DNA of 37,671 bases from Patescibacteria group bacterium (GTDB lineage Bacteria > Patescibacteriota > Minisyncoccia > Phycocordibacterales > SBAW01): assembly GCA_038064795.1 (NCBI GenBank), contig JBBTSH010000041.1, positions 1 to 37,671 on the forward strand, written 5' to 3'. Both the position numbers and the translations under genes were made by a program. Shown piece after piece: positions 7,770 through 17,318 of the stretch. Below the pieces are notes generated by a model. It made no database searches. It saw nothing but the letters and a program-made list of their open reading frames with translations, and was not told the origin of the DNA. How positions within the stretch are numbered: position 1 is the first letter of the stretch; every line of letters begins with the position of its first letter.

Positions 7770-10010
7770 ATGAAAAAAGCGCTTATTACGGGCATTACCG
7801 GGCAGGACGGATCCTATTTGGCGGAGTTACTTCTCAAAAAAGGATACGAGGTGCATGGGTTGGTACGCCGCTCAAGCACCTTCAACCGCCATAACATTGA
7901 CCACCTTTTCACCACCGATACCGTACGCCACCAACATCTCCACTATGGGGACATGGCCGATATGAACTCGCTCATGTCGATTTTAAAAAAAGTGCGGCCG
8001 GATGAAATTTATAATCTAGCGGCGCAGTCGCACGTAAAGATATCGTTTGAGGTGCCATCTTATACTGCACAGACAGACGGGCTCGGCGTTCTTTCTCTGC
8101 TTGAGGCGGTACGGTTACTAGGTCTCAACACCAAGATATACCAAGCTTCCACCTCAGAGCTTTACAGCGGGGAAAGGGCGCAAGCTCCCCAAAACGAAAA
8201 TACTCCGTTTAAACCGCGTAGCCCCTACGGTGCCGCAAAACTATATGCATTTCAAATTGCGCGCGTATACCGCGAGAGCTACGGCATGTTTGTGGTCAAC
8301 GGTATTCTCTTTAACCACGAGTCTCCGCGGCGCGGCATGAACTTTGTCTCCAGAAAGATTGCGCACGGTGTCTCTGAGATCGCCGCGGGCATCCGCGACC
8401 ATATCGAGCTTGGAAATCTCGATGCGGCCCGGGACTGGGGATATGCGCCAGAATATATGGAGGCCGCATGGGCCATGCTCCAAGAGGATAAGCCGCAGGA
8501 TTTTGTTATTGCGACCGGAGAAACTCATACCGTGCGCGAGTTTGTCGAAGCAGCTTTTGCACATATAGGCATTACTCTCCGTTGGGAGGGCAAAGGTTTG
8601 GACGAGGTGGGTGTGGACAGCATAAGCGGCCAGATACTGATAAAAATTGATCCAGAGTATTTTCGTCCGAATGAAGTGGAATATCTGCGGGGTGATGCGC
8701 ACAAGGCCTTTACCACATTTGGATGGAAGCCCCATACAACATTTTTAAAACTCGTGGAGATTATGATGGAGAGCGAGCTTCAAAAAATACCGGGGGCAAA
8801 GTCAAAAGTACGCAAACCTGATCGACGAATCGGCGTTGGATGCCTTGAGATTACCGATACGGAAAAGCGCTATGTAAACGATGTCCTCGACTCTGGACGG
8901 CTTTCGTACGGACCATATCTCAAGCGTTTTGAGCAGGAGTTTGCGCGCGCACATGACGCGCGCTTTGCCGTGATGGTCAACAGTGGTACAAGCGCGCTCG
9001 AGATGGCTGTCGCGTGTCTTAAAGAAGTCCATGGCTGGCAAGACGGCGACGAAATACTCTGCCCGGCGGTAACGTTTGTTGCGTCAAGTAACGTCATTCT
9101 TGCAAACAATCTCAAGCCCGTTTTTGTGGATGTAGACTCGCGTACCTACAATATCGACCCCACAAAAATTGAAGAAAAGATAACATCCCGTACGAGAGCT
9201 GTTATGGCGGTGCATTTGTTTGGACAGCCTGCGGCGATGGACAAGATACAGGATATTGCTCGCAAGCATAATCTGCGTATTATCGAGGACTCGTGCGAGA
9301 CGATGTTTGCCAAATATCAGGGTACCTCGGTTGGAGTAATGAGCGACATCGCCTGCTTCTCAACCTATGTGGCACACATTTTGGTCACGGGGGTAGGGGG
9401 GCTCGCGGTCACCAACGATCCAAGATATGCAGAAATTTTGCGTAGTTTGGCGAACCATGGAAGAGACAACATATATGTTTCGATTGATGATGATAAAGGT
9501 GCAACCGGTAAAGAGTTACAAGAAGTAATAGCCCGACGATTTAATTTTATCCGCCGCGGCTATAGTTACCGCGTGACGGAAATGGAGGGAGCACTAGGAT
9601 GCGCGCAACTTGAGCGTCATTCGCCGATGATCGCAAAGCGCAAAGAGAACGGAGCATACCTCAAAAAACATCTTAGTCAGTTTAAAGAACACCTGCAGTT
9701 GCCGTGGTGGCCGGAGCATGCGGACCATGTGTTCATGATGTTCCCCGTTGTTATCAAAGAAAATTCTCCCATACGCAAGGCTGACCTCACTCAATTTCTT
9801 GAAGAGCGGGGCATCGAAACACGGGATATGCTGCCGCTCATTAACCAGCCGTACCAGAGGGCTCTTTTTGGAGATCTTGAGGCGCAGTATCCGGTTGCCA
9901 CGTGGATAAACAACAACGGCTTTTATGTTGCCTCGCATCAGATGCTCACGCCCGAGGAGCGCGAGTATATTGTCGCGGTATTTGAGGACTTTTTCGCCAG
10001 CCGACCGTAA
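7770..10010 (+). CDS. gmd: Bifunctional GDP-mannose 4,6-dehydratase (Gmd) / DegT-family PLP/PMP enzyme with His in place of the Schiff-base Lys (ColD-like GDP-4-keto-6-deoxymannose 3-dehydratase)
   Basis: aa 1-~345 align throughout with Gmd ([72 protein letters not shown]). aa ~355-746 are DegT/DnrJ/EryC1-like ([35 protein letters not shown]). In the motif [15 protein letters not shown] the position of the conserved Lys is His536 (CAC, nt 9375-9377). Confidence 0.85.
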   Translation: MKKALITGITGQDGSYLAELLLKKGYEVHGLVRRSSTFNRHNIDHLFTTDTVRHQHLHYGDMADMNSLMSILKKVRPDEIYNLAAQSHVKISFEVPSYTAQTDGLGVLSLLEAVRLLGLNTKIYQASTSELYSGERAQAPQNENTPFKPRSPYGAAKLYAFQIARVYRESYGMFVVNGILFNHESPRRGMNFVSRKIAHGVSEIAAGIRDHIELGNLDAARDWGYAPEYMEAAWAMLQEDKPQDFVIATGETHTVREFVEAAFAHIGITLRWEGKGLDEVGVDSISGQILIKIDPEYFRPNEVEYLRGDAHKAFTTFGWKPHTTFLKLVEIMMESELQKIPGAKSKVRKPDRRIGVGCLEITDTEKRYVNDVLDSGRLSYGPYLKRFEQEFARAHDARFAVMVNSGTSALEMAVACLKEVHGWQDGDEILCPAVTFVASSNVILANNLKPVFVDVDSRTYNIDPTKIEEKITSRTRAVMAVHLFGQPAAMDKIQDIARKHNLRIIEDSCETMFAKYQGTSVGVMSDIACFSTYVAHILVTGVGGLAVTNDPRYAEILRSLANHGRDNIYVSIDDDKGATGKELQEVIARRFNFIRRGYSYRVTEMEGALGCAQLERHSPMIAKRKENGAYLKKHLSQFKEHLQLPWWPEHADHVFMMFPVVIKENSPIRKADLTQFLEERGIETRDMLPLINQPYQRALFGDLEAQYPVATWINNNGFYVASHQMLTPEEREYIVAVFEDFFASRP

Positions 10011-10037
10011 GCATCAGTATTTTTTATTGCACAGATA

Positions 10038-10493
10038 TTACGACTGAGACTCGTGGCGTTTCCACACCCACAGTCGATACCCCGTGTAATTTGATATGAA
10101 GCCCAAAAGTATTCCCATTGCGTATGCGGTGTGGATGAGTAACAAGTTTGCGGTGACTGACTCCGCAATGAATACGAAGAGCCATTGTATAAATAAAGAT
10201 CCGGCTACGACGACATGAAAGCGCAGAAGCCTCACATACAGCGGCGGCACGGCATTAATATGAGCATGAAAGGAGTATCGATTATTGAGAAAAAAGTTAC
10301 ACAATACCGCAACCTCGCCTCCAATAAGTGTTGCGGTTGAGAGTCGCACGAGCTCCAGATAGACGCCAAGCAGCTCAAAAAGAGCGGTTTGGACGACAAC
10401 CCCCAAGCCGCCTATTATTGCAACTCGCACGAGGCGCGAGCGAAACAGCGAAGTCGTAACCCGTTGCAGAAAGTCCATAGTCAATTTAGGCAT
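10038..10493 (-). CDS. GtrA-family membrane protein (putative polyprenyl-phosphate-sugar translocase)
   Basis: 151 aa with four hydrophobic segments. Contains VAIIGGLGVVVQTALFELL and NFFLNNRYSFH, the GtrA family signature. Confidence 0.75.
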   Translation of the reverse strand: MPKLTMDFLQRVTTSLFRSRLVRVAIIGGLGVVVQTALFELLGVYLELVRLSTATLIGGEVAVLCNFFLNNRYSFHAHINAVPPLYVRLLRFHVVVAGSLFIQWLFVFIAESVTANLLLIHTAYAMGILLGFISNYTGYRLWVWKRHESQS

Positions 10494-10519
10494 TGTATCG
10501 TATTATCCCTTAATAGGCT

Positions 10520-11251
10520 TTGGTACACGGAGGGTTCTATCATTTCTTTAAGGTGTTATATAGGCTACTAAAACGCATCATCCCGCCTCAGTGGCATTAC
10601 ACTCTTTCTAACCTGAAACGAAAGCTTTTTGGATATAAAACGTACTCTCAATTTGGGGAGGACGCAGTGCTGCTTGAGATTTTTAAGGATACACCGAGGG
10701 GTTTTTATGTCGATGTGGGGGCGCACCATCCGAAACGCTATTCAAATACCCACCTTCTCTATACAAAAGGCTGGCGGGGGATTAACATCGACCCCAATCC
10801 GCACACCATAGATTTATTTATGTCTGCGCGACCCACTGATGTTAATGTGTGTACGGGTATCGCGTGTCAGGCGGGAGATCTTGCATACTATCGATTTTCA
10901 GATCCCGCACTCAACACATTTAAAAAGGAAGAGGCGCAAAAGTGGATGAATAAAGACTGGGTTGCCTATCTCGGTGCCGTACCCGTATCCGTAAAGCCCT
11001 TACGCGACGCGCTGCATGTCTACTCGCCATTGCCGCCCATTGATCTTATGAACATAGATGTCGAAGGTATGGATATGGAGGTGTTGGAATCCAATGACTG
11101 GGAAACCACTCGTCCGCGGGTCATTGTGGTTGAAAGTGCTGACTTTGACCCTGTACAGAGGGAACGCAGCGCCGTGTACCATTTCCTCTCAAAGAAAGGT
11201 TATACTCTGAGGGCCCAACGGGGCTCTTCACTTATTTTTGCACATCTATGA
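10520..11251 (+). CDS. FkbM-family SAM-dependent methyltransferase
   Basis: SQFGEDAVLLEIF...GFYVDVGAHHP...GINIDPNP...MNIDVEGMDMEVL. The start is uncertain: the track start is TTG, only 26 nt from the divergent GtrA-family start, and there is no early in-frame ATG. Confidence 0.65.
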   Translation: MVHGGFYHFFKVLYRLLKRIIPPQWHYTLSNLKRKLFGYKTYSQFGEDAVLLEIFKDTPRGFYVDVGAHHPKRYSNTHLLYTKGWRGINIDPNPHTIDLFMSARPTDVNVCTGIACQAGDLAYYRFSDPALNTFKKEEAQKWMNKDWVAYLGAVPVSVKPLRDALHVYSPLPPIDLMNIDVEGMDMEVLESNDWETTRPRVIVVESADFDPVQRERSAVYHFLSKKGYTLRAQRGSSLIFAHL

Positions 11252-12417
11252 AGATAATTTGCATTTCACACTGGAGGTTTCCTGCAGAAAAGACCATGAC
11301 TCCCTACATGATGCGAGTGGCAGAAAGTTTTGCCAAAGAGGGAGCTGTGGTTGAGTTTTGGGTGCCCCGCCGCTTGAACCCTGGGTTTGCGGGGGTAGAC
11401 CCTTTTGGCTACCATGCGATAGAAAAAAACTTCCGTATACGCCGCCTCCCCGTTATTGATCTCATGGGGGTTATCCCCGGCAGTATTAGTTTTTTTATTA
11501 TGCTCTTGAGCTTTACCGCCGGACTCTTTTTGTATGTCCTTAAAGAGCCGGACAAAAAGAATACTATTTTTTATTTTTTTGATTTGCGCGATGCATGGAC
11601 GACGCTTTTTCTTTCAAAAAATGTGTTTTCGGAAATCCACATGTATTACAAAAGCAGCGTGGATTTTATTAACCGTTGGGGATTTTCGCATATGCGGGGG
11701 CTGATCATCCCAACCAAGGCAATGATGGAGCCGGTTCGTTCGGGGTATCAGATCTCCTCCCAAAAAATGATCCATGCCCCGTGTGCGGTAAACTCAGAGC
11801 GTTTTGCCATAGATATCTCAAAAGAAGAGGCGCGCACTACGCTTGGTCTCCCCGCCGAAGGGTGCTTGATACTGTATGTGGGACATCTTTTCCCGGTAAA
11901 AGGGGTCGATATACTTTTTGATGCACACACCATGCTTGCGTCGGGGGAGACAATCTATTTTGTAGGAGGAACCGACGAGGATATCGGACGCTTCAAGATA
12001 AAGTGGGAGAATGCGGGAAAACCTGAGCGGGTTGTTATCGCGGGCCGCAGACCTCATCAAGAAATCCCGCTATGGTTGCGCGCAGCGGACATCCTTTCCA
12101 TACCGAATACTGCGCAAGAAGATGCGGGGAGCATAGAGTCGTCTCCCTCAAAACAAATGGAATATATGGCATCAGGGCGGCCGATCATAGCCTCAGACGT
12201 GCCTGGCATACGCGATGTTATGGATGATTCCATGGCTTACTTTGTACAGCCGGACAGCGCGGAGGCAATCGCACAGGCAGTACGCGAAATTGTTGCGAAC
12301 CCCGCAGAAGCGCAGGCGAAAGGACAAAAAGCACGCACCGCCGCCGCGCGGGATCTTAGCTGGGACGCACGCGCACAAAAGATAATCCGTTTTATTAAAG
12401 AGCGTATGTCGGTGTAA
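11248..12417 (+). CDS. Glycosyltransferase, GT4 family
   Basis: LILYVGHLFPVKGVDILFDA...YFVGG...ADILSIPN...EYMASGRPIIASDVPGIRDV. ATGA overlap with the upstream gene. Confidence 0.75.
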   Translation: MKIICISHWRFPAEKTMTPYMMRVAESFAKEGAVVEFWVPRRLNPGFAGVDPFGYHAIEKNFRIRRLPVIDLMGVIPGSISFFIMLLSFTAGLFLYVLKEPDKKNTIFYFFDLRDAWTTLFLSKNVFSEIHMYYKSSVDFINRWGFSHMRGLIIPTKAMMEPVRSGYQISSQKMIHAPCAVNSERFAIDISKEEARTTLGLPAEGCLILYVGHLFPVKGVDILFDAHTMLASGETIYFVGGTDEDIGRFKIKWENAGKPERVVIAGRRPHQEIPLWLRAADILSIPNTAQEDAGSIESSPSKQMEYMASGRPIIASDVPGIRDVMDDSMAYFVQPDSAEAIAQAVREIVANPAEAQAKGQKARTAAARDLSWDARAQKIIRFIKERMSV

Positions 12418-12426
12418 TATCCTTGT

Positions 12427-13029
12427 ATGTCTCAAGAGAGCCTATGGGCGCCGCGCATCTATACGCCAAACGGATTTGTAAAAGAAAATATACTGAATGA
12501 TAAGCGCGCACTCGATATTGGGTGCGGCAACCGCAAGCTTCCGGGCGCGGTTGGCATGGACGTACTGTCTTTGCCTGCGGTTGATGTGGTGCATGATATC
12601 AACCAGACTCCGTGGCCGTTTGAAAAGCATTCTTTTGACTTGGTGTTCATGAACCATGCGCTCGAGCATGTTGATGATGTGGTCAAAACACTTGAAGAAA
12701 CCCATCGAATATTAAAACCGGGCGGGCGCGTGGTTATTCAAGTACCGTACTTTCGCGCACTAGACAGTGTCGTTGACCCGACCCATCGACATTTTTTTGC
12801 TTCGCAGACACTGGATTACTTTGTCGAAGGGACCGGCTTGGCAAAGTATGCATACAGCAACGCTACATTTAAAAAAAGGGGGTTTTGGTACGGCTGGCCA
12901 CACGCTTCAACAAATCCTATACGGCAAATTTTTAAACAGTTTATACATTCCAGCCCGCTCGTGTATGACCAGTACCTCTCATTACTGATGCCTACCGAAT
13001 GTTTGACTTGGGAGCTTGAGGCGCTATGA
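12427..13029 (+). CDS. Class I SAM-dependent methyltransferase (Methyltransf_11-like)
   Basis: ALDIGCGNRKLPGAVGMDV, FDLVFMNHALEHV, LKPGGRVVIQVPYF, DPTHRHFF. A paralogue lies on the minus strand at 14842-15393. Confidence 0.75.
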   Translation: MSQESLWAPRIYTPNGFVKENILNDKRALDIGCGNRKLPGAVGMDVLSLPAVDVVHDINQTPWPFEKHSFDLVFMNHALEHVDDVVKTLEETHRILKPGGRVVIQVPYFRALDSVVDPTHRHFFASQTLDYFVEGTGLAKYAYSNATFKKRGFWYGWPHASTNPIRQIFKQFIHSSPLVYDQYLSLLMPTECLTWELEAL

Positions 13030-14039
13030 ATGCAAAAGTCAGTAAATTTCTGACCTTTAGGCCCGCCTCGATAGGAGATTCGTTAATGGGGAAATATTTT
13101 TTAGAGAATATTCGCACTCACCATCCAGAGGCGAAACTTGCGCTTGTTGTGGGGAGCCGCGGCAACATGATTCGCGACTTGTTTGCCGGAGAGCCATGGA
13201 TCGAAGTTATCGAGGCAAACCGCCGGAGTCCCGCCTCGCTCCTCACACTTTGGAAGAAATACCGAGGGAGCGATATTGCGCAGACGTACTACACGGCAAG
13301 CAAAGTTAATCTCTCGGCAAAACTCATCATGCGCGCGATTGCTCGAAAACTCATCGGATATGATGACCAATCCTCTTTAAACCGGTATATATACGATATA
13401 GTGTTGCCCCTCCCCGAGCGCCACAAAGAAGTGCGGTTGCATGAAGTAGATGCGCTCACGGCAGCGGGAGTACCTGTTTCGGTTGAAAGACTCTCGCTCG
13501 CGTATGTTCCGATTATAGGAGTCGAAAAAAAATTTAATATCACGGGCCCGTATATGGTGGTGCATCTTTTTTCGGGCAGTAAAACACGAGGTCTTTCAAC
13601 TCAAAAAATGCAAGAATTATTGCAAGCACTCGCCGAAAAAATGCCGGGCACCACTCTGGTAGTAAGTGGCGGGAAAAGCGACGCGGCGGAGGCAAAAGAA
13701 GCGGCAAAAAATTTACCGGCGGTAGTTATTGCGGGGAAGGCCAGCTTACAAGAACTGATGAATCTCATTGTCCGCAGCAAAGTGGTTATCTCGCTCGACA
13801 CCGGGGTAGGACACTTGGCCGCACATCTTCATCATCCGCTTGTCATCATGTCCACATGTTTGGGCAAAATTAGTTGGTGGGGGCCTAAGCAATATGGCCC
13901 TCATACCCCCACGGCGTTTTTTAGCCGCGATGATCTGTGCCAGCATGGGCATGTCTTTCAACAATTTCCCGTCTGTTTGAGCGAGATTTCTGTTGAAGAT
14001 GTGGCGCACGCTGCGCAGAATAGTATACAAGCGCAGTAG
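13026..14039 (+). CDS. GT9-family (heptosyltransferase-like) glycosyltransferase
   Basis: N-terminal LTFRPASIGDSLMGKYFLENIRTHHPEAKLALVV and C-terminal VISLDTGVGHLAAHLHHPLVIM match the GT9 pattern. ATGA overlap with the upstream gene. Confidence 0.65.
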   Translation: MNAKVSKFLTFRPASIGDSLMGKYFLENIRTHHPEAKLALVVGSRGNMIRDLFAGEPWIEVIEANRRSPASLLTLWKKYRGSDIAQTYYTASKVNLSAKLIMRAIARKLIGYDDQSSLNRYIYDIVLPLPERHKEVRLHEVDALTAAGVPVSVERLSLAYVPIIGVEKKFNITGPYMVVHLFSGSKTRGLSTQKMQELLQALAEKMPGTTLVVSGGKSDAAEAKEAAKNLPAVVIAGKASLQELMNLIVRSKVVISLDTGVGHLAAHLHHPLVIMSTCLGKISWWGPKQYGPHTPTAFFSRDDLCQHGHVFQQFPVCLSEISVEDVAHAAQNSIQAQ

Positions 14040-14044
14040 TTGTC

Positions 14045-14845
14045 TCAGCGTTTGTGCGTGAACAGTTGCCAGAGCAGTATCAAGAGCGTCGAGAGAGGGT
14101 TATGGTGAGGAATAGTGCGACTTTTTGGTATTGCTAGAATATCGAAATGATAGCCCTTTCTGCCGAGTAACACGACGCCGGGGAGTTTTAGCAACATAGT
14201 CAACCAAAGCGAAATGACTTTTCCATAGGTCTCCCCGGGGATAAAAAGGTTGTAAGAGCTCAAGACACGCCGGATGCTAGCAAAAGCCCCTTTGATTTCG
14301 AGATTTCTGCCACTTAACTCAAATAAGACTATTGGTGCACATGTTTTGATAGTCTTTTGCACCCCCCCCAATACCTTGCTCTCCATGCCTTGCACGTCTA
14401 TTTTCATCGCATTGATATGCAGATTAAAACTATCCAGCGTCCTCACTTCAACCGGCACTGTACCTTTCGAACCCCATCGATAGGTGCCCGCATTACCCTT
14501 ATCTTCTTCAAAAAAAGATAGTATCTCCTGCTTGTCTCCAAGTGCATAGGGGTGGATGAATACATTCGTGAGTGAATTGAGTTCAACGTTCCTCCGTAAC
14601 AGTTCAAGATTACGCGGAATAGGTTCGAAACAATGCACCTCTTTCGCAACCCTTGCAAGCGGAATTGCGACTATGCCTACATTTGCACCCACATCGGCTA
14701 CGACAGAATTTTTGTCCAAGAACGTACCGAACACTTCTAATATATCGTCATTCGGATAATATCCCTGCTCAATGGTAGTTATAAATTTGATATCCTCAAT
14801 TTCATCCAGGCAGATGCGGCCATATCTTGTCTCAAGGATTTTCAT
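14045..14845 (-). CDS. FkbM-family SAM-dependent methyltransferase
   Basis: VVADVGANVGIVAIPLARVAKEVHCFEPIP...LGDK...MKIDVQGMESKVLGG. ATGA overlap with the upstream minus-strand gene. Confidence 0.7.
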   Translation of the reverse strand: MKILETRYGRICLDEIEDIKFITTIEQGYYPNDDILEVFGTFLDKNSVVADVGANVGIVAIPLARVAKEVHCFEPIPRNLELLRRNVELNSLTNVFIHPYALGDKQEILSFFEEDKGNAGTYRWGSKGTVPVEVRTLDSFNLHINAMKIDVQGMESKVLGGVQKTIKTCAPIVLFELSGRNLEIKGAFASIRRVLSSYNLFIPGETYGKVISLWLTMLLKLPGVVLLGRKGYHFDILAIPKSRTIPHHNPLSTLLILLWQLFTHKR

Positions 14846-15393
14846 TTAATGAGGGTGATGAGAATATTTTCAGCAGGAAACAGACTCCGCAAAAAACTTG
14901 ATTCGTAATACCATTGTCTAGCTGGCTTTTTGTTTATAAATCGTTCCAGATACTTGTTATAAAACAGAGCCGGTCCGCCGGATTTCTCGAACGTGATGTG
15001 TTTGGTGATTGAGCTGAAAAGATGCGTAAATTGATACCCGTGGCGCTGGTGGAGGCCCGCCCCTTTTACATAAAAGTCGAAAAGAAAGATAGAAAATAGT
15101 TTTTTGTGAGTAGGGTCTACAAAGTTATTTTTAGAAGTAAAGTGTGGGACCCGTATATGCAATGCACCGCCGGGCGCCATAATACGATACAGCTCTTTCA
15201 TGAGGGGGGTATATTCCACATGCTCCAAAATGTCATTACAAAGGATCTCGCTGAAAGTATCGTCGGGGAAGGGGAGCGGCAATTTTTCGATATCGTGCAC
15301 AACGTCAGCCCCGACCACGTCGGAGATGTCAAGGTTCACCCACCCTTCTTTATGGTCGGTGCCGCAACCGAGATTTAACTTTTGTAAATGCAC
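14842..15393 (-). CDS. Class I SAM-dependent methyltransferase (Methyltransf_11-like)
   Basis: LNLGCGTDHKEGWVNLD, ILCNDILEHV, MAPGGALHIRVPHF, DPTHKKLF. GTG start. Confidence 0.7.
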   Translation of the reverse strand: MHLQKLNLGCGTDHKEGWVNLDISDVVGADVVHDIEKLPLPFPDDTFSEILCNDILEHVEYTPLMKELYRIMAPGGALHIRVPHFTSKNNFVDPTHKKLFSIFLFDFYVKGAGLHQRHGYQFTHLFSSITKHITFEKSGGPALFYNKYLERFINKKPARQWYYESSFLRSLFPAENILITLIK

Positions 15394-15399
15394 GAAGCT

Positions 15400-15428
15400 A
15401 TTGTAAAGGAAGAACGGTAGAGAAACAA
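15400..15428 (-). promoter_or_regulatory. Promoter candidate for the minus-strand methyltransferase pair
   Basis: On the minus strand: TTGTTT (15428-15423), 17-nt spacer, TACAAT (15405-15400), 6 nt upstream of the GTG start at 15393. Confidence 0.3.
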
Positions 15429-15475
15429 TTTACTTGCCCGTGTGGTTACATCTATGGTAGGTTGTTCCAATCATT

Positions 15476-16267
15476 ATGAAAGTAGGCATTATCGGCGTGG
15501 GTATGGTTGGAGGCGCTATACGTCACGGTTTTTCCCGTATCGGTCACGATATACATGTGCACGATGTGAGGCTTCCGGGGACGTCGCTTGCAGACGCGCT
15601 TGAGACGGAAATCGTGTTTATCTGCGTGCCTACCCCTTCGCGCCCGGACGGTACGTGCGACACCTCAATTGTTGAGCAGGTAGTCAGGGAAATAGCGCGC
15701 GCGGGGTATCGCGGTTTGGTGGCAATCAAATCAACCGTCGAGCCCGGCACTACCGACAAGCTCTCCGCACGCCATCCAAACCTACGTCTTGCGTTTTGCC
15801 CCGAATTCTTGCGCGAAAAGGCTACCTATACCGACTTTGTCGAGCAGCATGATGTATGTGTTATTGGTGCGTACCGTGCTGAAGATTTTGAACTACTCAA
15901 ACGAGTACACGATCCGTTGCCGCAGCACTACGCCGAGGTGGCTCCCCTTGAGGCCGAGTTTGGAAAATATTTCCTAAACGTCTTTAATGCGCTGCGTATC
16001 GTGTTTGCCAATCAATTTTACGATGTGACGAAAGCGGCCGGAGCGGATTATCAAAAAATAAAGAATGCGATAACCAAACATCGCGCTGTACCGGCGGTGT
16101 ATCTCGACTGCAACGAGAACTTTCGTGGGTTCGGCGGCGCATGCTTGCCCAAAGACACAGCCGCATTTGCACAATTTGCAAAAAAAATGTTGGGTCCCGA
16201 TGCACCGCTCTCCTTGTTTGAAGGCATCGTCGAAATAAACAAACGCTATAAACAGACGGTTTTGTAG
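15476..16267 (+). CDS. Short UDP-glucose/GDP-mannose dehydrogenase-family protein (no C-terminal nucleotide-sugar-binding domain)
   Basis: MKVGIIGVGMVGGAI, FICVPTP, KSTVEPGTT, CPEFLREK, and catalytic-Cys motif GFGGACLPKDT about 45 aa before the stop. At 263 aa it is well short of the roughly 390-450 aa of canonical family members. Confidence 0.7.
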   Translation: MKVGIIGVGMVGGAIRHGFSRIGHDIHVHDVRLPGTSLADALETEIVFICVPTPSRPDGTCDTSIVEQVVREIARAGYRGLVAIKSTVEPGTTDKLSARHPNLRLAFCPEFLREKATYTDFVEQHDVCVIGAYRAEDFELLKRVHDPLPQHYAEVAPLEAEFGKYFLNVFNALRIVFANQFYDVTKAAGADYQKIKNAITKHRAVPAVYLDCNENFRGFGGACLPKDTAAFAQFAKKMLGPDAPLSLFEGIVEINKRYKQTVL

Positions 16268-16271
16268 AATG

Positions 16272-16300
16272 TTGACAAAAAAGGAAAACTCGTGTCTACT
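16272..16300 (+). promoter_or_regulatory. Possible internal promoter upstream of the epimerase/dehydratase gene
   Basis: Perfect -35 TTGACA (16272-16277), 17-nt spacer, and a poor -10 TCTACT (16295-16300). Confidence 0.25.
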
Positions 16301-16328
16301 TGTTTAGGATCAACCACGAGGAACACCC

Positions 16329-17318
16329 ATGAAAAAAATTCTCATCACAGGCGGCGCAGGATTCATCGGCTACCACTTAGCTAAGCGCTTAGCGAGCCAG
16401 GGGCATGACATTACGCTTGCGGACAATTTTTTCCGTGGCAAACGAGATCAAGATTTCGAGGCGCTGTTGAAGCTCCCGAATATCAAATTCGTCGAAGGCG
16501 ATCTGACCGACCCCAAAGCGTGGGATGCACTCGGCACCGGATACGACGAGGTGTATCATCTGGTCGGCATCAATGGCACCGGGCTCTTCTACAAGATTCC
16601 GCATGAAGTCTTGCGCATCGGTGTTACGACAACACTCAATGCGCTTGAGTGGTTTCGCACGAAGAACGGTAAACCTGAGGCAAAGATCCTCTACACCTCA
16701 AGCAACGAAGCGTATGCGAGTGGATTCGATCTGGGCATCATCAAAATCCCGACTCCCGAGACGGCCCCGCTCGTCATTGCCGACACCTACAACGCACGCT
16801 GGTCCTATGGCGGGCAAAAGTTGATAGGCGAGCTCCTCTTCATCAACTACGCACGCATGTACAAGTTTCGTATGTCCATCGTGCGCCCGCACAACTTCTA
16901 TGGTCCGCGTGCCGGATACGACCATGCAGTCCCGCAGATCGTCGGCCGCGCGTCGCAGAAGATGGAGCCGTTCGAGATCTTCGGTTCCGACGAAACGCGT
17001 TCCTACTGCTACATCGACGATGCGGTCGAGGCCATGCAAATGGTCATGGACTCTCCAACGACCGACTTTGGCACCTATCACATCGGTACCAGTGTTGAAA
17101 CTAACGGCAAGGAGCTGGTTGAAAAGATCTTTGATTTCATGGATTGGCATCCAACAAAAACGGTCCTCCAAAGCTCACCCGAGGGTAGCGTAAAACGCCG
17201 CTTGGCTGATGTCTCAAAAATCAAAAAGGATACTGGCTGGGAGGCGAAGACTCCTCTCGAAGAAGGGTTGAAGAAGACGATCGAGTGGTATCTCGCGCAC
17301 CCTAAGCCGCAAGAGTAG
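16329..17318 (+). CDS. NAD-dependent epimerase/dehydratase (extended SDR)
   Basis: ILITGGAGFIGYHL, YTSSNEAY, YGGQKLIGE (YxxxK), IVRPHNFYGP. GAGGAA Shine-Dalgarno sequence 6 nt upstream of the ATG. Confidence 0.75.
   Translation: MKKILITGGAGFIGYHLAKRLASQGHDITLADNFFRGKRDQDFEALLKLPNIKFVEGDLTDPKAWDALGTGYDEVYHLVGINGTGLFYKIPHEVLRIGVTTTLNALEWFRTKNGKPEAKILYTSSNEAYASGFDLGIIKIPTPETAPLVIADTYNARWSYGGQKLIGELLFINYARMYKFRMSIVRPHNFYGPRAGYDHAVPQIVGRASQKMEPFEIFGSDETRSYCYIDDAVEAMQMVMDSPTTDFGTYHIGTSVETNGKELVEKIFDFMDWHPTKTVLQSSPEGSVKRRLADVSKIKKDTGWEAKTPLEEGLKKTIEWYLAHPKPQE

Noticed and set aside
15394-15475. Plus-strand promoter hexamers for the dehydrogenase-like gene (TTACAT-17-AATCAT or TTGCCC-18-TAGGTT)
   Set aside because: There are two mutually exclusive weak candidates, and neither has a convincing -10. 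The region is probably a divergent promoter, but I cannot support specific plus-strand boxes.
16698-17171. 157-aa minus-strand ORF, plus overlapping plus-strand ORFs 16525-16824 and 16900-17193
   Set aside because: All are alternative frames of the extended-SDR gene (16329-17318). They are Arg/Ser/Ala-rich, as expected from off-frame translation.
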